64,000 nt of DNA from Candidatus Calescibacterium sp. (GTDB lineage: Bacteria; Calescibacteriota; Calescibacteriia; Calescibacteriales; Calescibacteriaceae), in assembly GCA_032249135.1 (NCBI GenBank), contig JAVVGL010000002.1, positions 1 through 64,000 on the forward strand. The letters run 5' to 3'. This document shows positions 49,114-58,982 of this stretch, piece by piece. The stretch's first letter is position 1, and each line of letters starts with the position of its first letter. The notes beneath the pieces were generated by a model. It searched no databases and was not told the DNA's origin. It saw only the letters and a list, made by a program, of their open reading frames with translations. The position numbers and the translations under genes were made by a program.

Positions 49114-50904
49114 TTAAATTTTGAAATTATTTTTCAAGCGCCAAAGCTTTACCTCATTTCCGTCAACTTCTGTAAAAAAGCATTCAGCATCAATTTTATT
49201 TTCCTCAATAAAACTTTTCACATCAGATAAATTGTAGAATTCATCAGATATAATTATATCGTCTCCCTGTGAAAACTTCGGCAACCTCGCTGCAAAGTTT
49301 ATATTCCTACCAAAGTAGTCCAAATTATCTTTCAAAGATATAGCGATACAAGAACCAATATGTATTCCAACTTTGAGTTTGAGCGGAATATCAGGATGCA
49401 AATCTAATAATTCCTTTTGAGATTTCATAAAAGAATATATAGCTCCTGATGGACTTCTAAAAACAGCCATTACGGCATCACCTTCTGTCTTGACAATTGC
49501 TCCTTCGCCTTCATCTATATTTTTTCTGAGTATATCAAAGTGCTTCATAACAAGATCAAAAGCCCTCGCATCACCTAACTTCTCATAAATCCTTGATGAA
49601 TTTTTCAAATCTGTAAAAGCAACAACTAAACTTTCAATAGATACACTTTCACCATACTTTAAAAGTTCACCTGAGAAAAGTTCTCTGAATCGCTGGAATG
49701 TAAATATTTCATTAGCTGTGAGTATCTTATCATCCCATCCAAACTCCTCTACTATAAACAATTGTTCATCAGATGTAGAATTTATCAAAGTTATGGAAGA
49801 TTTAGGTCTCAAAACAGGCATATCTTCAAACCATCCATTATCCCTTGCAATAAAAATAGCTTCAGGACTACCTTCGTCTTCAACTTTGAAAAACTGCCCA
49901 CCACGAAGTTTTAATGTTCTCACTCTATAAATTTTCTTTTTGAGGCTTACTTCAACTGTTCTTTGCTCACCAGACTTTATCAATTCTTGAACCACAATAT
50001 GCGGAGTAATTGCAGGACCGCCAATACAGAAAAATTTTTCATTTACTTTCTTTATTTTTGGATCAAGCTTGAATATAACCTCAACAGATTTATCAAAGTT
50101 TACATCAAAATCAATCAGACAACTTGAACAGTGAGTTTTTGCCTTTATATCCTTCAGAGATGTTAGAGATTCGGCAGGACCTCTACAAGAAGGGCAGATA
50201 AGTTCCCATCTTAACCCCATAAAGCCAGCCCTTACCGCAGCAAGAAAAGCCTCAACTACTTTCTTTTTAGGTAAATTGAGATACTCCGCAACTGCATAAG
50301 GGCGCAACCTCATAAGAGTTAGATCATCAGCCCGCTCAACAAATAGAGCCAAATTCCTTGCGAGATTTTCATCTACACCCGATTTTATAAGCCCGTAGAA
50401 AAACTCTTGAAATTTCTTCTTCCCTAAACTACTCGTTTTTTTTATAGATATCCACTTAGCTTCTCCTCTTAGCTGACTTTCATCATATTTTCTGAATACT
50501 TCCTCAAATCTCTTTTTTATCATAGACATAGCAATTGGAACAATCAGAGTTCCCAAAAAGTTTCTGGTTTTTACTATAATAGAACAAATGAGTTTTGTTC
50601 CCGAAGTATTTTTAGGCAAAAGTTCAACATTCACTATCATTTCAGATATTGGTCCTCTGCTAAATTTTCTCGATACACCAAATCTAAATGGTTTTATCCA
50701 TTCAAAAGGAGTTTCCTCAACGCTTAATCTAAAAAAAGGTATCGCATAAGCTATTTTTCTCCTTTTGTTTTCAAAAGTTAAACTCTCTTTTATAAAAGGT
50801 AACCCAACATCTTTACTTAACCTGTTTGTATCTGCAATCCAATCCCATATAGCTTCTGGATCAGACTTCAAATCCCACTCCCACTTGTAAACAAAAGTTG
50901 TCAT
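49114..50904 (-). CDS. Class III adenylate/guanylate cyclase with SRPBCC-like and DUF5939 (Cys-rich) domains
   Basis: W...ADTNR, W...CP.CRG...HC..C...FC.GGP..TPH, FTDL..S, VKT.GDAVMA, DYFG...N.AARL. Confidence 0.9.
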   Translation of the reverse strand: MTTFVYKWEWDLKSDPEAIWDWIADTNRLSKDVGLPFIKESLTFENKRRKIAYAIPFFRLSVEETPFEWIKPFRFGVSRKFSRGPISEMIVNVELLPKNTSGTKLICSIIVKTRNFLGTLIVPIAMSMIKKRFEEVFRKYDESQLRGEAKWISIKKTSSLGKKKFQEFFYGLIKSGVDENLARNLALFVERADDLTLMRLRPYAVAEYLNLPKKKVVEAFLAAVRAGFMGLRWELICPSCRGPAESLTSLKDIKAKTHCSSCLIDFDVNFDKSVEVIFKLDPKIKKVNEKFFCIGGPAITPHIVVQELIKSGEQRTVEVSLKKKIYRVRTLKLRGGQFFKVEDEGSPEAIFIARDNGWFEDMPVLRPKSSITLINSTSDEQLFIVEEFGWDDKILTANEIFTFQRFRELFSGELLKYGESVSIESLVVAFTDLKNSSRIYEKLGDARAFDLVMKHFDILRKNIDEGEGAIVKTEGDAVMAVFRSPSGAIYSFMKSQKELLDLHPDIPLKLKVGIHIGSCIAISLKDNLDYFGRNINFAARLPKFSQGDDIIISDEFYNLSDVKSFIEENKIDAECFFTEVDGNEVKLWRLKNNFKI

Positions 50905-51178
50905 AATGAAACATAATTTAAGCCTTCGCTTGATATATTTCTACTGAAACCAATTCCTTACCTTTTACAAAAATAAAATTTCAAAACAAAAATACGAAAT
51001 AAAATGTTTCTTCTTTCCTAAAAGGAATATAAATAATTCTATTTTTATTTGTTTTATTTGAAAGTGGAAATAAAAATGCCAAAATAAATAGAATTATAAG
51101 CAAAGATATGAAAATTCTCATTTTTAAAATTTTAAAGTGTTTTGATATCATTAACCTTTAAACTTATCAAAGTAGCTT

Positions 51179-51595
51179 ATGAAAATAGCATTTATATGCA
51201 CAGGTAATTCAGCAAGAAGTCAAATGGCAGAGGGTTTTGCTAAATACTTTGCCAAAATTTACAATAAAAATATAGAAATATATTCAGCAGGCTCAAATCC
51301 AACAGGTTATGTTCATCCCCTTGCTATAAAAGTTATGAAAGAGATTTCCATAGATATTTCAAACCAATATTCAAAATCCTTAAATGAAATTCCATATAAG
51401 GAGTTAAATTTAGTTATTACTGTTTGTGGGGATGCAAAGGAAACATGTCCAGTAATTCCAGGAATTAAAAGAGAGCATTGGGAAATTCCTGACCCTGTTA
51501 AATTTGAAGGCTCGGAAGAGGAAAAATTAAATTATTTTAGAAAAATAAGGGATGAGATTAAGGAGAGAGTAGAGAGGTTGATTTTATCTTTGTAG
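51179..51595 (+). CDS. arsC: Thioredoxin-coupled arsenate reductase (LMW-PTP fold)
   Basis: CTGNSARSQMAE, TVCG.A.ETCP, HW..PDP. Confidence 0.93.
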   Translation: MKIAFICTGNSARSQMAEGFAKYFAKIYNKNIEIYSAGSNPTGYVHPLAIKVMKEISIDISNQYSKSLNEIPYKELNLVITVCGDAKETCPVIPGIKREHWEIPDPVKFEGSEEEKLNYFRKIRDEIKERVERLILSL

Positions 51596-51618
51596 AAATT
51601 CTCCCTTAAAATTTTCAA

Positions 51619-51981
51619 ATGTTAGCTGAAAATTACAAAGCTAAAATTGTTCAGCACGTAAAGAAAATTGATTATAATGAGAGATTAAATATAGCAAGAA
51701 AATATAATTATAATCTCCATAAAGCACCTTCTGAATTTTTTATTTTAGACTTTTATAATTGTCCTAATGCTTTAAGCGAAGAGCAATATAGTGCTTTATT
51801 TAGAGGTGATGAATCGTATGCGGGCAGTGAAAATTTTATAAATATCTTAAATAATGTGAAGGAGATTTTTAAGAGAAATTTTGTAGTTCCTGTTCATAAT
51901 TTAAGAGGAGCAGAGCATTTAATTTTAAAAGTTAACGAAAATCAAACAAAAAAATTTAATTTTTGCTTTATCCCAACATAA
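51619..51981 (+). pseudogene. N-terminal fragment of a tryptophanase/tyrosine phenol-lyase-family gene
   Basis: AE.YK.K.V, ER...YN, ALSEEQ...GDESYAGSENF, VPVHNLRGAE match the Tpl/TnaA N-terminus. Similarity ends near 51935, far short of a full-length (~460 aa) enzyme. Confidence 0.8.
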
Positions 51982-52043
51982 AAAAGATAAAGAATAAATT
52001 AAAAGAAGGGAAATAAATCAAAAGTAAGGAGGTAATTTAAGTC

Positions 52044-53162
52044 ATGGCAGATGAGAGATCTCAAATCCTTGAAGCTACAATAAAAAGCCTTGAAAAAACT
52101 TACGGCAAAGGAGTAATAATGAGACTCGGAGAAAAAGAAAGTTTGAGAATTCCCGTAGTAACATCCGGTTCTCTTTCAATAGACATAGCAATAGGATGCG
52201 GAGGTTATCCAAAAGGGAGATTCATAGAAATTTTTGGTCCGGAGTCATCTGGGAAAACGACAATAGCTTTGCACGCAATAGCATCAGTTCAAAGGAAAGG
52301 AGGTAATGTAGCTTTTATAGATGCAGAGCACGCACTTGACCCACTATATGCAAAAAATCTGGGAGTAGATGTAAATTCACTTTTAATATCTCAACCAGAT
52401 TATGGTGAACAAGCTTTGGAAATAGCGGAAGAACTTGCATCATCCGGAGCGGTTGACCTTATAGTAATAGATTCAGTAGCAGCACTTGTTCCAAAAAGTG
52501 AACTTGAGGGAGAAATGGGAGATGTTCAAATAGGTTTGCAAGCTCGTCTTATGTCCCAAGCTCTCAGAAAACTTGTCTCAATAATAGGTAGAACACAAAC
52601 AATTATAATCTTCACAAATCAACTCAGACAAAAGATAGCAACAGGTCCGATGTGGGGGGTTCCTGAAACAACAACTGGTGGAACAGCACTGAAATTCTAT
52701 GCATCGGTAAGACTTGACGTAAGAAAAGTGGACATTATAAAGGAAGGTGAAAGAGCAATCGGTTCAAGAGTCAAAATAAAAGTTGCAAAAAATAAAGTTG
52801 CTCCGCCTTTCAGAGAAGCTCTCGTTGACATAATATATGGTCAAGGAATATCTTATGAAGGAGAACTTATAGACCTTGGGGTTGAATACGGAATAATAGA
52901 AAAATCAGGCGCATGGTACTCATACGGAGAAATAAACTTGGGACAAGGGAGAGAACAAGTTAAAAACTTCTTCCAAGAAAATCCTGAAATAGCAAGAGAG
53001 ATAGAAAAGAAAATAAGAGAAAAAGCAGGAATTCCAACAGACGAACTCATTGCTGATTACATATTTGACCAAAGAAAAAATATGGTAACCAAGGAACAAG
53101 AAGAAACTCAACAGGCGGAAAAAAGGGAAAAGAAAACTAAAAAATCAAAAGAGAATGAATAA
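52044..53162 (+). CDS. recA: Recombinase RecA
   Basis: [61 protein letters not shown]. Confidence 0.99.
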   Translation: MADERSQILEATIKSLEKTYGKGVIMRLGEKESLRIPVVTSGSLSIDIAIGCGGYPKGRFIEIFGPESSGKTTIALHAIASVQRKGGNVAFIDAEHALDPLYAKNLGVDVNSLLISQPDYGEQALEIAEELASSGAVDLIVIDSVAALVPKSELEGEMGDVQIGLQARLMSQALRKLVSIIGRTQTIIIFTNQLRQKIATGPMWGVPETTTGGTALKFYASVRLDVRKVDIIKEGERAIGSRVKIKVAKNKVAPPFREALVDIIYGQGISYEGELIDLGVEYGIIEKSGAWYSYGEINLGQGREQVKNFFQENPEIAREIEKKIREKAGIPTDELIADYIFDQRKNMVTKEQEETQQAEKREKKTKKSKENE

Positions 53163-53211
53163 AGAACTATAAGAGAATTTGGTAAAAAGCACAAGCAAAT
53201 GAGATTAAGAT

Positions 53212-54024
53212 ATGATAGTAAGAAAACCAGCCGTTGCAGGTCTATTTTATCCGTCTGATCCATTAAAACTCGAAAAGAAAGTAAAAGAGCTTTTGGAAAC
53301 AGGAGAAAGCGGAGAAGAAGTTGAAGCATTTGGAGTTATATCTCCGCACGCAGGATATATATACTCAGGAAAAGTCGCAGGAAAAGTTTTTTCGAAGGTA
53401 AAAGTTCCCGATAAAGTTCTTATTTTGTGCCCAAACCATACGGGATACGGCACGGATGTATCTTTGTTTCCAGATGGAGTGTGGGAATTCCCAGGATTTT
53501 CAGTGGAAACAGATAAAGAAATAAACTCTTTTCTCATAAATCAAAGCGAGATTTTTGAATTTGATACAGGAGCTCATCTCAGAGAACATTCAGCAGAAGT
53601 AATAGTTCCATTTTTATATTACAAAAACAGGAAACTAAAAATTTCAATTGTATGCATAAGAACGCTTAACCTAAAAAAACTCAAGAAAATAGGAGAAGCT
53701 ATTTCAAATCTAAAAGACAAATACAACGAAAATTTATTATTTGTTGCATCTTCTGATATGAATCACTACGAGGTAGATGATATATCAAGAAAAAAAGATA
53801 TGATGGCAATAGAAAAAATAAAAAATATAGATCCAGAAGGATTATATGAGGTGGTTTTGGAGAAAAACATATCTATGTGCGGAATATCCCCAGTTCTATC
53901 TTTATTATTTTCAGCAAAAGAAAAAGGAATAAAGAATGCAGAACTTGTAGCATATAGCAACTCCGGTGAAGTAACCCAAGATTTTTCATCAGTTGTCGGA
54001 TACGCAGGAATAGTGATTTACTAA
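53212..54024 (+). CDS. AmmeMemoRadiSam system protein B (MEMO1 family), standard form
   Basis: RKPAVAG.FYP, PHAGY.YSG, PNH, EHS.EV, ASSDM.HY, SMCG, VVGYAG. Confidence 0.95.
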   Translation: MIVRKPAVAGLFYPSDPLKLEKKVKELLETGESGEEVEAFGVISPHAGYIYSGKVAGKVFSKVKVPDKVLILCPNHTGYGTDVSLFPDGVWEFPGFSVETDKEINSFLINQSEIFEFDTGAHLREHSAEVIVPFLYYKNRKLKISIVCIRTLNLKKLKKIGEAISNLKDKYNENLLFVASSDMNHYEVDDISRKKDMMAIEKIKNIDPEGLYEVVLEKNISMCGISPVLSLLFSAKEKGIKNAELVAYSNSGEVTQDFSSVVGYAGIVIY

Positions 54025-54043
54025 CTAAATCTCAATTTTTATT

Positions 54044-54691
54044 TCATGACTTTAACCATGTTCTCAAAGAAAGGAAAATTTTCAACCCATCATCGCTCCC
54101 TAAAAATTTGTAAACAGCTCTTTCAGGATGAGGCATAAGTCCCACAACATTTCCAGATGAAATGCCAGCAATACTATCAAAAGAACCATTTGGATTCTCA
54201 CAATATCTGAAAGTTACTTTTGGCTCCTTATCCTTTTGAGGAAAGTAGTTTCCAAACTTATGAGCAATTGGCAATTTTATCTTTTCACCTTCTTTAAAAG
54301 CACAGGTAAAAGGAGTATCAACATTTTCTACTTTAAGCTCAACCCACCTTGATATAAATTTCGTATTTGCATTCATAATTAAAGCCCCTGGTAAAATTCC
54401 AAGTTCACACAAAATTTGAAAGCCATTGCATATTCCTAAAACAGGATACCCTTTCTGAATAAACTTAATCAAACTATCTACGACGGGAGACAAAGATGCA
54501 AGCTTACCCGCTCTCAAATAATCTCCATAAGAAAATCCTCCCGGTATTATGAAAGAAGAAAACTTATTTAGATTTTTCTCTTCATGCCAGACATATTCGG
54601 CTTCAAGACCTACAAGTTCAACTGCTCTTTTTGTTTCAATATTGCAATTTGTCCCAGGGAATACTAATATTGCAACTCTCGGCTTTGCCAT
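54044..54691 (-). CDS. purQ: FGAM synthase glutaminase subunit
   Basis: FPGTNC, PGGFSYGDYLRAG, GICNGFQ, NPNGS, MPHPER. Confidence 0.97.
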   Translation of the reverse strand: MAKPRVAILVFPGTNCNIETKRAVELVGLEAEYVWHEEKNLNKFSSFIIPGGFSYGDYLRAGKLASLSPVVDSLIKFIQKGYPVLGICNGFQILCELGILPGALIMNANTKFISRWVELKVENVDTPFTCAFKEGEKIKLPIAHKFGNYFPQKDKEPKVTFRYCENPNGSFDSIAGISSGNVVGLMPHPERAVYKFLGSDDGLKIFLSLRTWLKS

Positions 54692-54696
54692 AAAGA

Positions 54697-55347
54697 TTAA
54701 ATTATTTTCCCATTTTCCTCCGCAGCTCTCAAAAGCTCACTTACAAAGTAATCCTCCGGAACCGCACCTTCTATTTCAACTTTCTCATTTATTATAGTTT
54801 TAGGGACTCCATAGACAGAGTACTGTGAAGCAAGATCAGGAAATTCGGTTGCCTCTATCATCTCTGCATATATGTTCTCATTCAAAAGCGCAGCAGAATG
54901 AGCATACTTTACCATTCGCGGACAATACGGACAGGTTGGGGTTACAAAAACCTTTATATTAATAGGAACCTTTATAGAAAGTATTTTCTGTTGAGAAGCA
55001 GGTGACAAGAAACTAACTTTTCTTGATACTTCAATTATATCCTCTATAAGAACTGCAAATTCATAACCTGCTGGAATTCCAAAATATCTTATTCTTTCGT
55101 TCCCTACCAAAATAGCAGGGACCTTATCAATTTTATATTTTTCAACATCTAACTTATCAAGGGCGAAGTTTTTTATTTCAAGTTGAATTTTCTGTGACGT
55201 TTCAGCAAGCTCCTTTAAAAGTTGCTCAGTTTCAGGACAATATTCACAATTTATACTCTGGGTAAAAAGAATAATTTTGACTGGATCTACAAGCTCATTT
55301 CTGAACCGCTGTATGAGAAAGTTTCTATCTTTTTCGTTCAAAAACAT
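54697..55347 (-). CDS. Protein disulfide oxidoreductase (PDO/glutaredoxin-like, two CxxC)
   Basis: CEYC and CPYC, GIPAGYEF, V.GVP, GAVPE. GGAGG SD. Confidence 0.92.
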   Translation of the reverse strand: MFLNEKDRNFLIQRFRNELVDPVKIILFTQSINCEYCPETEQLLKELAETSQKIQLEIKNFALDKLDVEKYKIDKVPAILVGNERIRYFGIPAGYEFAVLIEDIIEVSRKVSFLSPASQQKILSIKVPINIKVFVTPTCPYCPRMVKYAHSAALLNENIYAEMIEATEFPDLASQYSVYGVPKTIINEKVEIEGAVPEDYFVSELLRAAEENGKII

Positions 55348-55536
55348 AACGCAAAACCTCCTATAATTTCATTTTATCAATTATAATGAGAATAGAAGGT
55401 ATTTTCAGTAAATTTGTTATGGGTTGTTGGCAGGCAATAAATAAAATACGGAAGACAAGGAAAAAGTGTGGGAATAAGGAAAAAGTTCGGGAAAATTTTA
55501 AATTTATTTTTTGTTTATCAAAGTTTCAAAACAAGA

Positions 55537-55612
55537 GCGCCCGTAGTTCAGATGGAAGAACGCCGGGTTGCGGACCCGGAGGTCGCGGGTTCGAGTCCCG
55601 CCGGGCGTACCA
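55537..55612 (+). tRNA. tRNA-Arg(GCG), CCA encoded
   Basis: Acceptor GCGCCCG/CGGGCGT+ACCA; D-arm GTTC/GAAC with GGA (A20); anticodon stem CCGGG/CCCGG with loop TTGCGGA; T-arm GCGGG-TTCGAGT-CCCGC. Confidence 0.96.
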
Positions 55613-55618
55613 TACTAC

Positions 55619-56479
55619 ATGTTCATATTCATAACCGGAAAAGGTGGAACGGGAAAAAGTTTGGTAAGTGTCATATTATCAAACTTACTTTCAAATAAAG
55701 GCAGAGTAATTCTTTATTTCCCACATAATTTACCCTCCCCTCTTTACTCACTTACATCAAAAAAAGTCAATCTCTATCCTCTTGATTATGAAAAAGAAGC
55801 TAAAGAATATGTCAAACTTAAACTTAAACTATTTGTTTTGTGGGTACCTCTCGTTCGCTCACAAGTATTCAAAGTATTCCAAAAAGTAATCCCGGGATTT
55901 ACCGAGCTTATTTATCTTGGAAAAATGTGGTATGATTGGACAAAAAGAAAAGCAGATTTTTACATATTTGATGCTCTACCAACAGGTCAAATTTTATCTA
56001 TGCTGAATATACCAAAAGCTGGTCTTGAATCCGGAGTAGCTGGTCCTGTTAGATCTGACCTTCAAGGTATGTTTGAATTTGTAAAAAAAATAAATATTAT
56101 AATAGTCTCTTTACCTGAGCAACTTCCATTAGAAGAAACACAAGAAACAGTAAATAAGATGCGAGAAAATGTTTTTTTCCCAAAAGCTATCATTCTCAAT
56201 AAGTTTTACAAAAGCCAAATTCCAGAAGAAGATAAAAAATGGATAAATTCAATCTTAGTTGAAGGTAAGCTCAAAACCAGAGAAAAAAAAGAGCTACTAT
56301 CTTTGCTAAGATTTGACGAATATTTATCTAAAAATTCTCAAAAATTTTTATCAGAATATCTTAAACTTGAGATACCCGTTTATACGATAAATTTTTCCTT
56401 AAATGGAATTACTCCTGAATTTGTTCAGAGTTCGGAAGAAAATCTTGCTCAATCTTCATTATTTTCTCACCTTTCCTGA
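55619..56479 (+). CDS. ArsA/Get3-related P-loop ATPase (divergent)
   Basis: FITGKGGTGKS, PG..EL..LGK, DALPTG, V.LPE.LP..ET, ILNK. Start ATG 55619; the ORF-track start lies inside the tRNA. Confidence 0.82.
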   Translation: MFIFITGKGGTGKSLVSVILSNLLSNKGRVILYFPHNLPSPLYSLTSKKVNLYPLDYEKEAKEYVKLKLKLFVLWVPLVRSQVFKVFQKVIPGFTELIYLGKMWYDWTKRKADFYIFDALPTGQILSMLNIPKAGLESGVAGPVRSDLQGMFEFVKKINIIIVSLPEQLPLEETQETVNKMRENVFFPKAIILNKFYKSQIPEEDKKWINSILVEGKLKTREKKELLSLLRFDEYLSKNSQKFLSEYLKLEIPVYTINFSLNGITPEFVQSSEENLAQSSLFSHLS

Positions 56480-56720
56480 CCCATCCAAATTTCTTAAATA
56501 AATATTCAAGGTATTCTCTATCAAGCGTTTTTATAAGTTCTATCTTTTTTTGGAGATCTTCTATTTCTGCTTTGAGATTTTCCTTTTTGATTTCAAGCTC
56601 TTGAATCTTTCTTTTCTGCAAAAAGTAAGTGTATATACCATCAGAAGAAAAGACAAGAAAATAAATGGATAAAAACAAAGATACAAAAAAAGTAAAGAAA
56701 AAAATTTTTGGAATCCTCAT
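56409..56720 (-). CDS. Septum formation initiator (FtsB/DivIC family)
   Basis: TM helix, G....., coiled coil, YLE......GWVR.GE. Confidence 0.8.
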   Translation of the reverse strand: MRIPKIFFFTFFVSLFLSIYFLVFSSDGIYTYFLQKRKIQELEIKKENLKAEIEDLQKKIELIKTLDREYLEYLFKKFGWVRKGEKIMKIEQDFLPNSEQIQE

Positions 56721-56957
56721 ATATAAAAGAATTTTAAAAAACATCCAGCCTAAAATAGATGTTCAATTGAAATTCAGCCGACCGAAAGCAAAGAAAACTT
56801 TCTCTTTCATGCTATCTATTAAGTCAAAGTTTAATCAATTGAAAGAGGAACTAATTATAGCCTTTTAGCTAAGACAAATGATACAATTGTGGAATTAAGC
56901 AAAATAAGAACAAAAAATGATTAAAGATTAAAAAAAGAAAAAAATAAAAAAAATAAA

Positions 56958-58760
56958 ATGATTAAGATGAAAATAATAATTATGAATACCAGCAAAATCG
57001 TGGCACTATTCTCTTTATCACTATCCTTTATGCTCTCCTTATTTTTCCTTTCTTGCTCAAAAGATAGCAACAACAAAAACCCTAAATTATCTGAATACGA
57101 AAAGGGAATAAGGTATCTTGAAAGTGGGAATTACTCAGATGCATACAGCACCTTTGAAAATCTTGTAAAGAAGGAAGGAGAAAAACCTGAGTATCTGCTC
57201 GGAATGGTTCTTGCGAGCGTAGCGAGTGAGTTCTCAAAACTTCCTGAAAAAGTTCAAAGAGGTTTGCAGATGTTTTCACCAAAATTTAACCCAGATTTAG
57301 AGAAAATTGATACAAAGCAGGAGCAAAAACTCCCAGGTCTTAATGCAATTTTAGAAACTTTCGCAAAAGACTTGATTTTAGATATGATTGAAACAAACCT
57401 TCCTATTTTAATAAAAGTTTCAGAAAAAATAGATGAAAACTTTGTATTCCCAATCACTTTCTTACCTGTCAATTTCCCTGGAACTCCTTTCGGATTTTTC
57501 GGAAACTGGGGATATGCTGAGGTTAATTATCTTATCAGCATCGGGGCGTATCTTGCGTCCCTCATAAGGTTTCTTCTTTCTGTGAACATAAATGCTCCTA
57601 TATCTTCATATTATGCAGTTAATGAATTTGTAAAAAGCAAAGGAGGATGGGGAATGTTTTTTGGAGACCCTCTGAATGTCGGTTTCAGAGCTATTGCTCA
57701 TCTCCTAAACTCCTCCAACTCAATTTTTACTTTGTGGTCAAAAGAAAACCTCATCAAAGCCAAAGAATATGGATTAATTTCTGTTGAACATCATAAAAAA
57801 ACTTATGAGTCTCTTTTACTAAACTACAAGAAAAGAAACAGAAGGGAAAATTTTGTTGCGTTCTTTGATGAAGAATTCAGAAGAATTCATATGAAAGTTT
57901 ATGTTGGAGGTGAAGTTAAAATCTTAGATTTTGGATTTACCCAAGATTTTGAAACTACAATAAAGAATGCCCAAAGACTCATAGACCATCTCAGAGGTAA
58001 AAATAAAGAACCTATTGAATGCTCACACATATTTGGTGGAATTAATTCCGTAGCTGGTTTCTTTGTTTCATCTGGCTTTATTCTTTCTGCTGCGCAAAGT
58101 AGCCTCAAATCTGGAAGAGGAGAATCTATTGCAAAATTTTTTGAAGGTGCAAAAAATCTTTTGGGAACATTTCTAATTCTTACAAGTATATGTATGGCGG
58201 ATGTTGTTGAGATTGATTTGAATAAACTTGTTGATAATTTTCAAGGTTTGAGAAATTTATTCCCTGTTTGGACATTTACATCACCTCAATTTGACGATTC
58301 AATTTGGTTAGAGTGGGAATGTGGAACTAACTCTCTTAAACCTGATTTTTCTGTTTTGGATCCAGCGGATGGTTATCTCAAATGTTCAAAGAGGGCTCCT
58401 CTGAAAGATTCTAATCATTTTTCTGACCAGACTGTATTAGGAGCTGGTATAACACAGGTTGCAGGAGTGAAAGTCACGAGGTTATCTGAGCCAAGATGTG
58501 AGCAAACATTTGAGGAATGTATAAAACTTTACGGAGGTATAAATCCTTTGCAAGAAGGGATACCAAGAGATGGTCAGTATTCACGGGTTCCTTATTTTTT
58601 ATTTCAGGACCCATCTTTTTATGGGTCATTGTGGATAAATCCGCAGAGGATAGGGGTAAGTTTTTGCGGAGCGCCGATGGAAAGGCATATGCCAGAAGGA
58701 ATAGTAGGTGTATGCGAACTTAACGCTCTGATCTGGTACTTTTATAGCCAACTATTTTGA
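56958..58760 (+). CDS. Large hypothetical lipoprotein with an N-terminal TPR-like repeat and a Cys-rich C-terminal region
   Basis: Lipobox FLSC, YEKG..YLE.G.Y.DA...F, several Cys in the last ~250 aa. Start may be 56967 or 56982. Confidence 0.75.
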   Translation: MIKMKIIIMNTSKIVALFSLSLSFMLSLFFLSCSKDSNNKNPKLSEYEKGIRYLESGNYSDAYSTFENLVKKEGEKPEYLLGMVLASVASEFSKLPEKVQRGLQMFSPKFNPDLEKIDTKQEQKLPGLNAILETFAKDLILDMIETNLPILIKVSEKIDENFVFPITFLPVNFPGTPFGFFGNWGYAEVNYLISIGAYLASLIRFLLSVNINAPISSYYAVNEFVKSKGGWGMFFGDPLNVGFRAIAHLLNSSNSIFTLWSKENLIKAKEYGLISVEHHKKTYESLLLNYKKRNRRENFVAFFDEEFRRIHMKVYVGGEVKILDFGFTQDFETTIKNAQRLIDHLRGKNKEPIECSHIFGGINSVAGFFVSSGFILSAAQSSLKSGRGESIAKFFEGAKNLLGTFLILTSICMADVVEIDLNKLVDNFQGLRNLFPVWTFTSPQFDDSIWLEWECGTNSLKPDFSVLDPADGYLKCSKRAPLKDSNHFSDQTVLGAGITQVAGVKVTRLSEPRCEQTFEECIKLYGGINPLQEGIPRDGQYSRVPYFLFQDPSFYGSLWINPQRIGVSFCGAPMERHMPEGIVGVCELNALIWYFYSQLF

Positions 58761-58982
58761 GCTGTTCATTCTATTGAAAAAAAACTTCTTCTTTTTACTG
58801 CTTCATCAAGGGTTTCAATTTGTCTATCTTTTAGATTTCCAAGAATTCCAAATACTAATTCCAAAGCCAATATTTTCTTTATCCTGCTATAAAGCTCATC
58901 GTTGGAGATTTGGCGGTGGAGTATAAGTAAAATTTAATTTTTGAGATAAAATTGCAAGCGATAGAATAAAGAAAGAGTTAGA

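Noticed and set aside
55386..55698. ORFs at 55386, 55468 and the 55568 start
   Set aside because: They run through the tRNA; the ATPase starts at 55619.
51179..56479. An ars operon formed by arsC and the ArsA-like ATPase
   Set aside because: They are 4 kb apart with unrelated genes between, no arsR/arsB/acr3 is present, and the ATPase lacks the Cys metalloid-binding residues.
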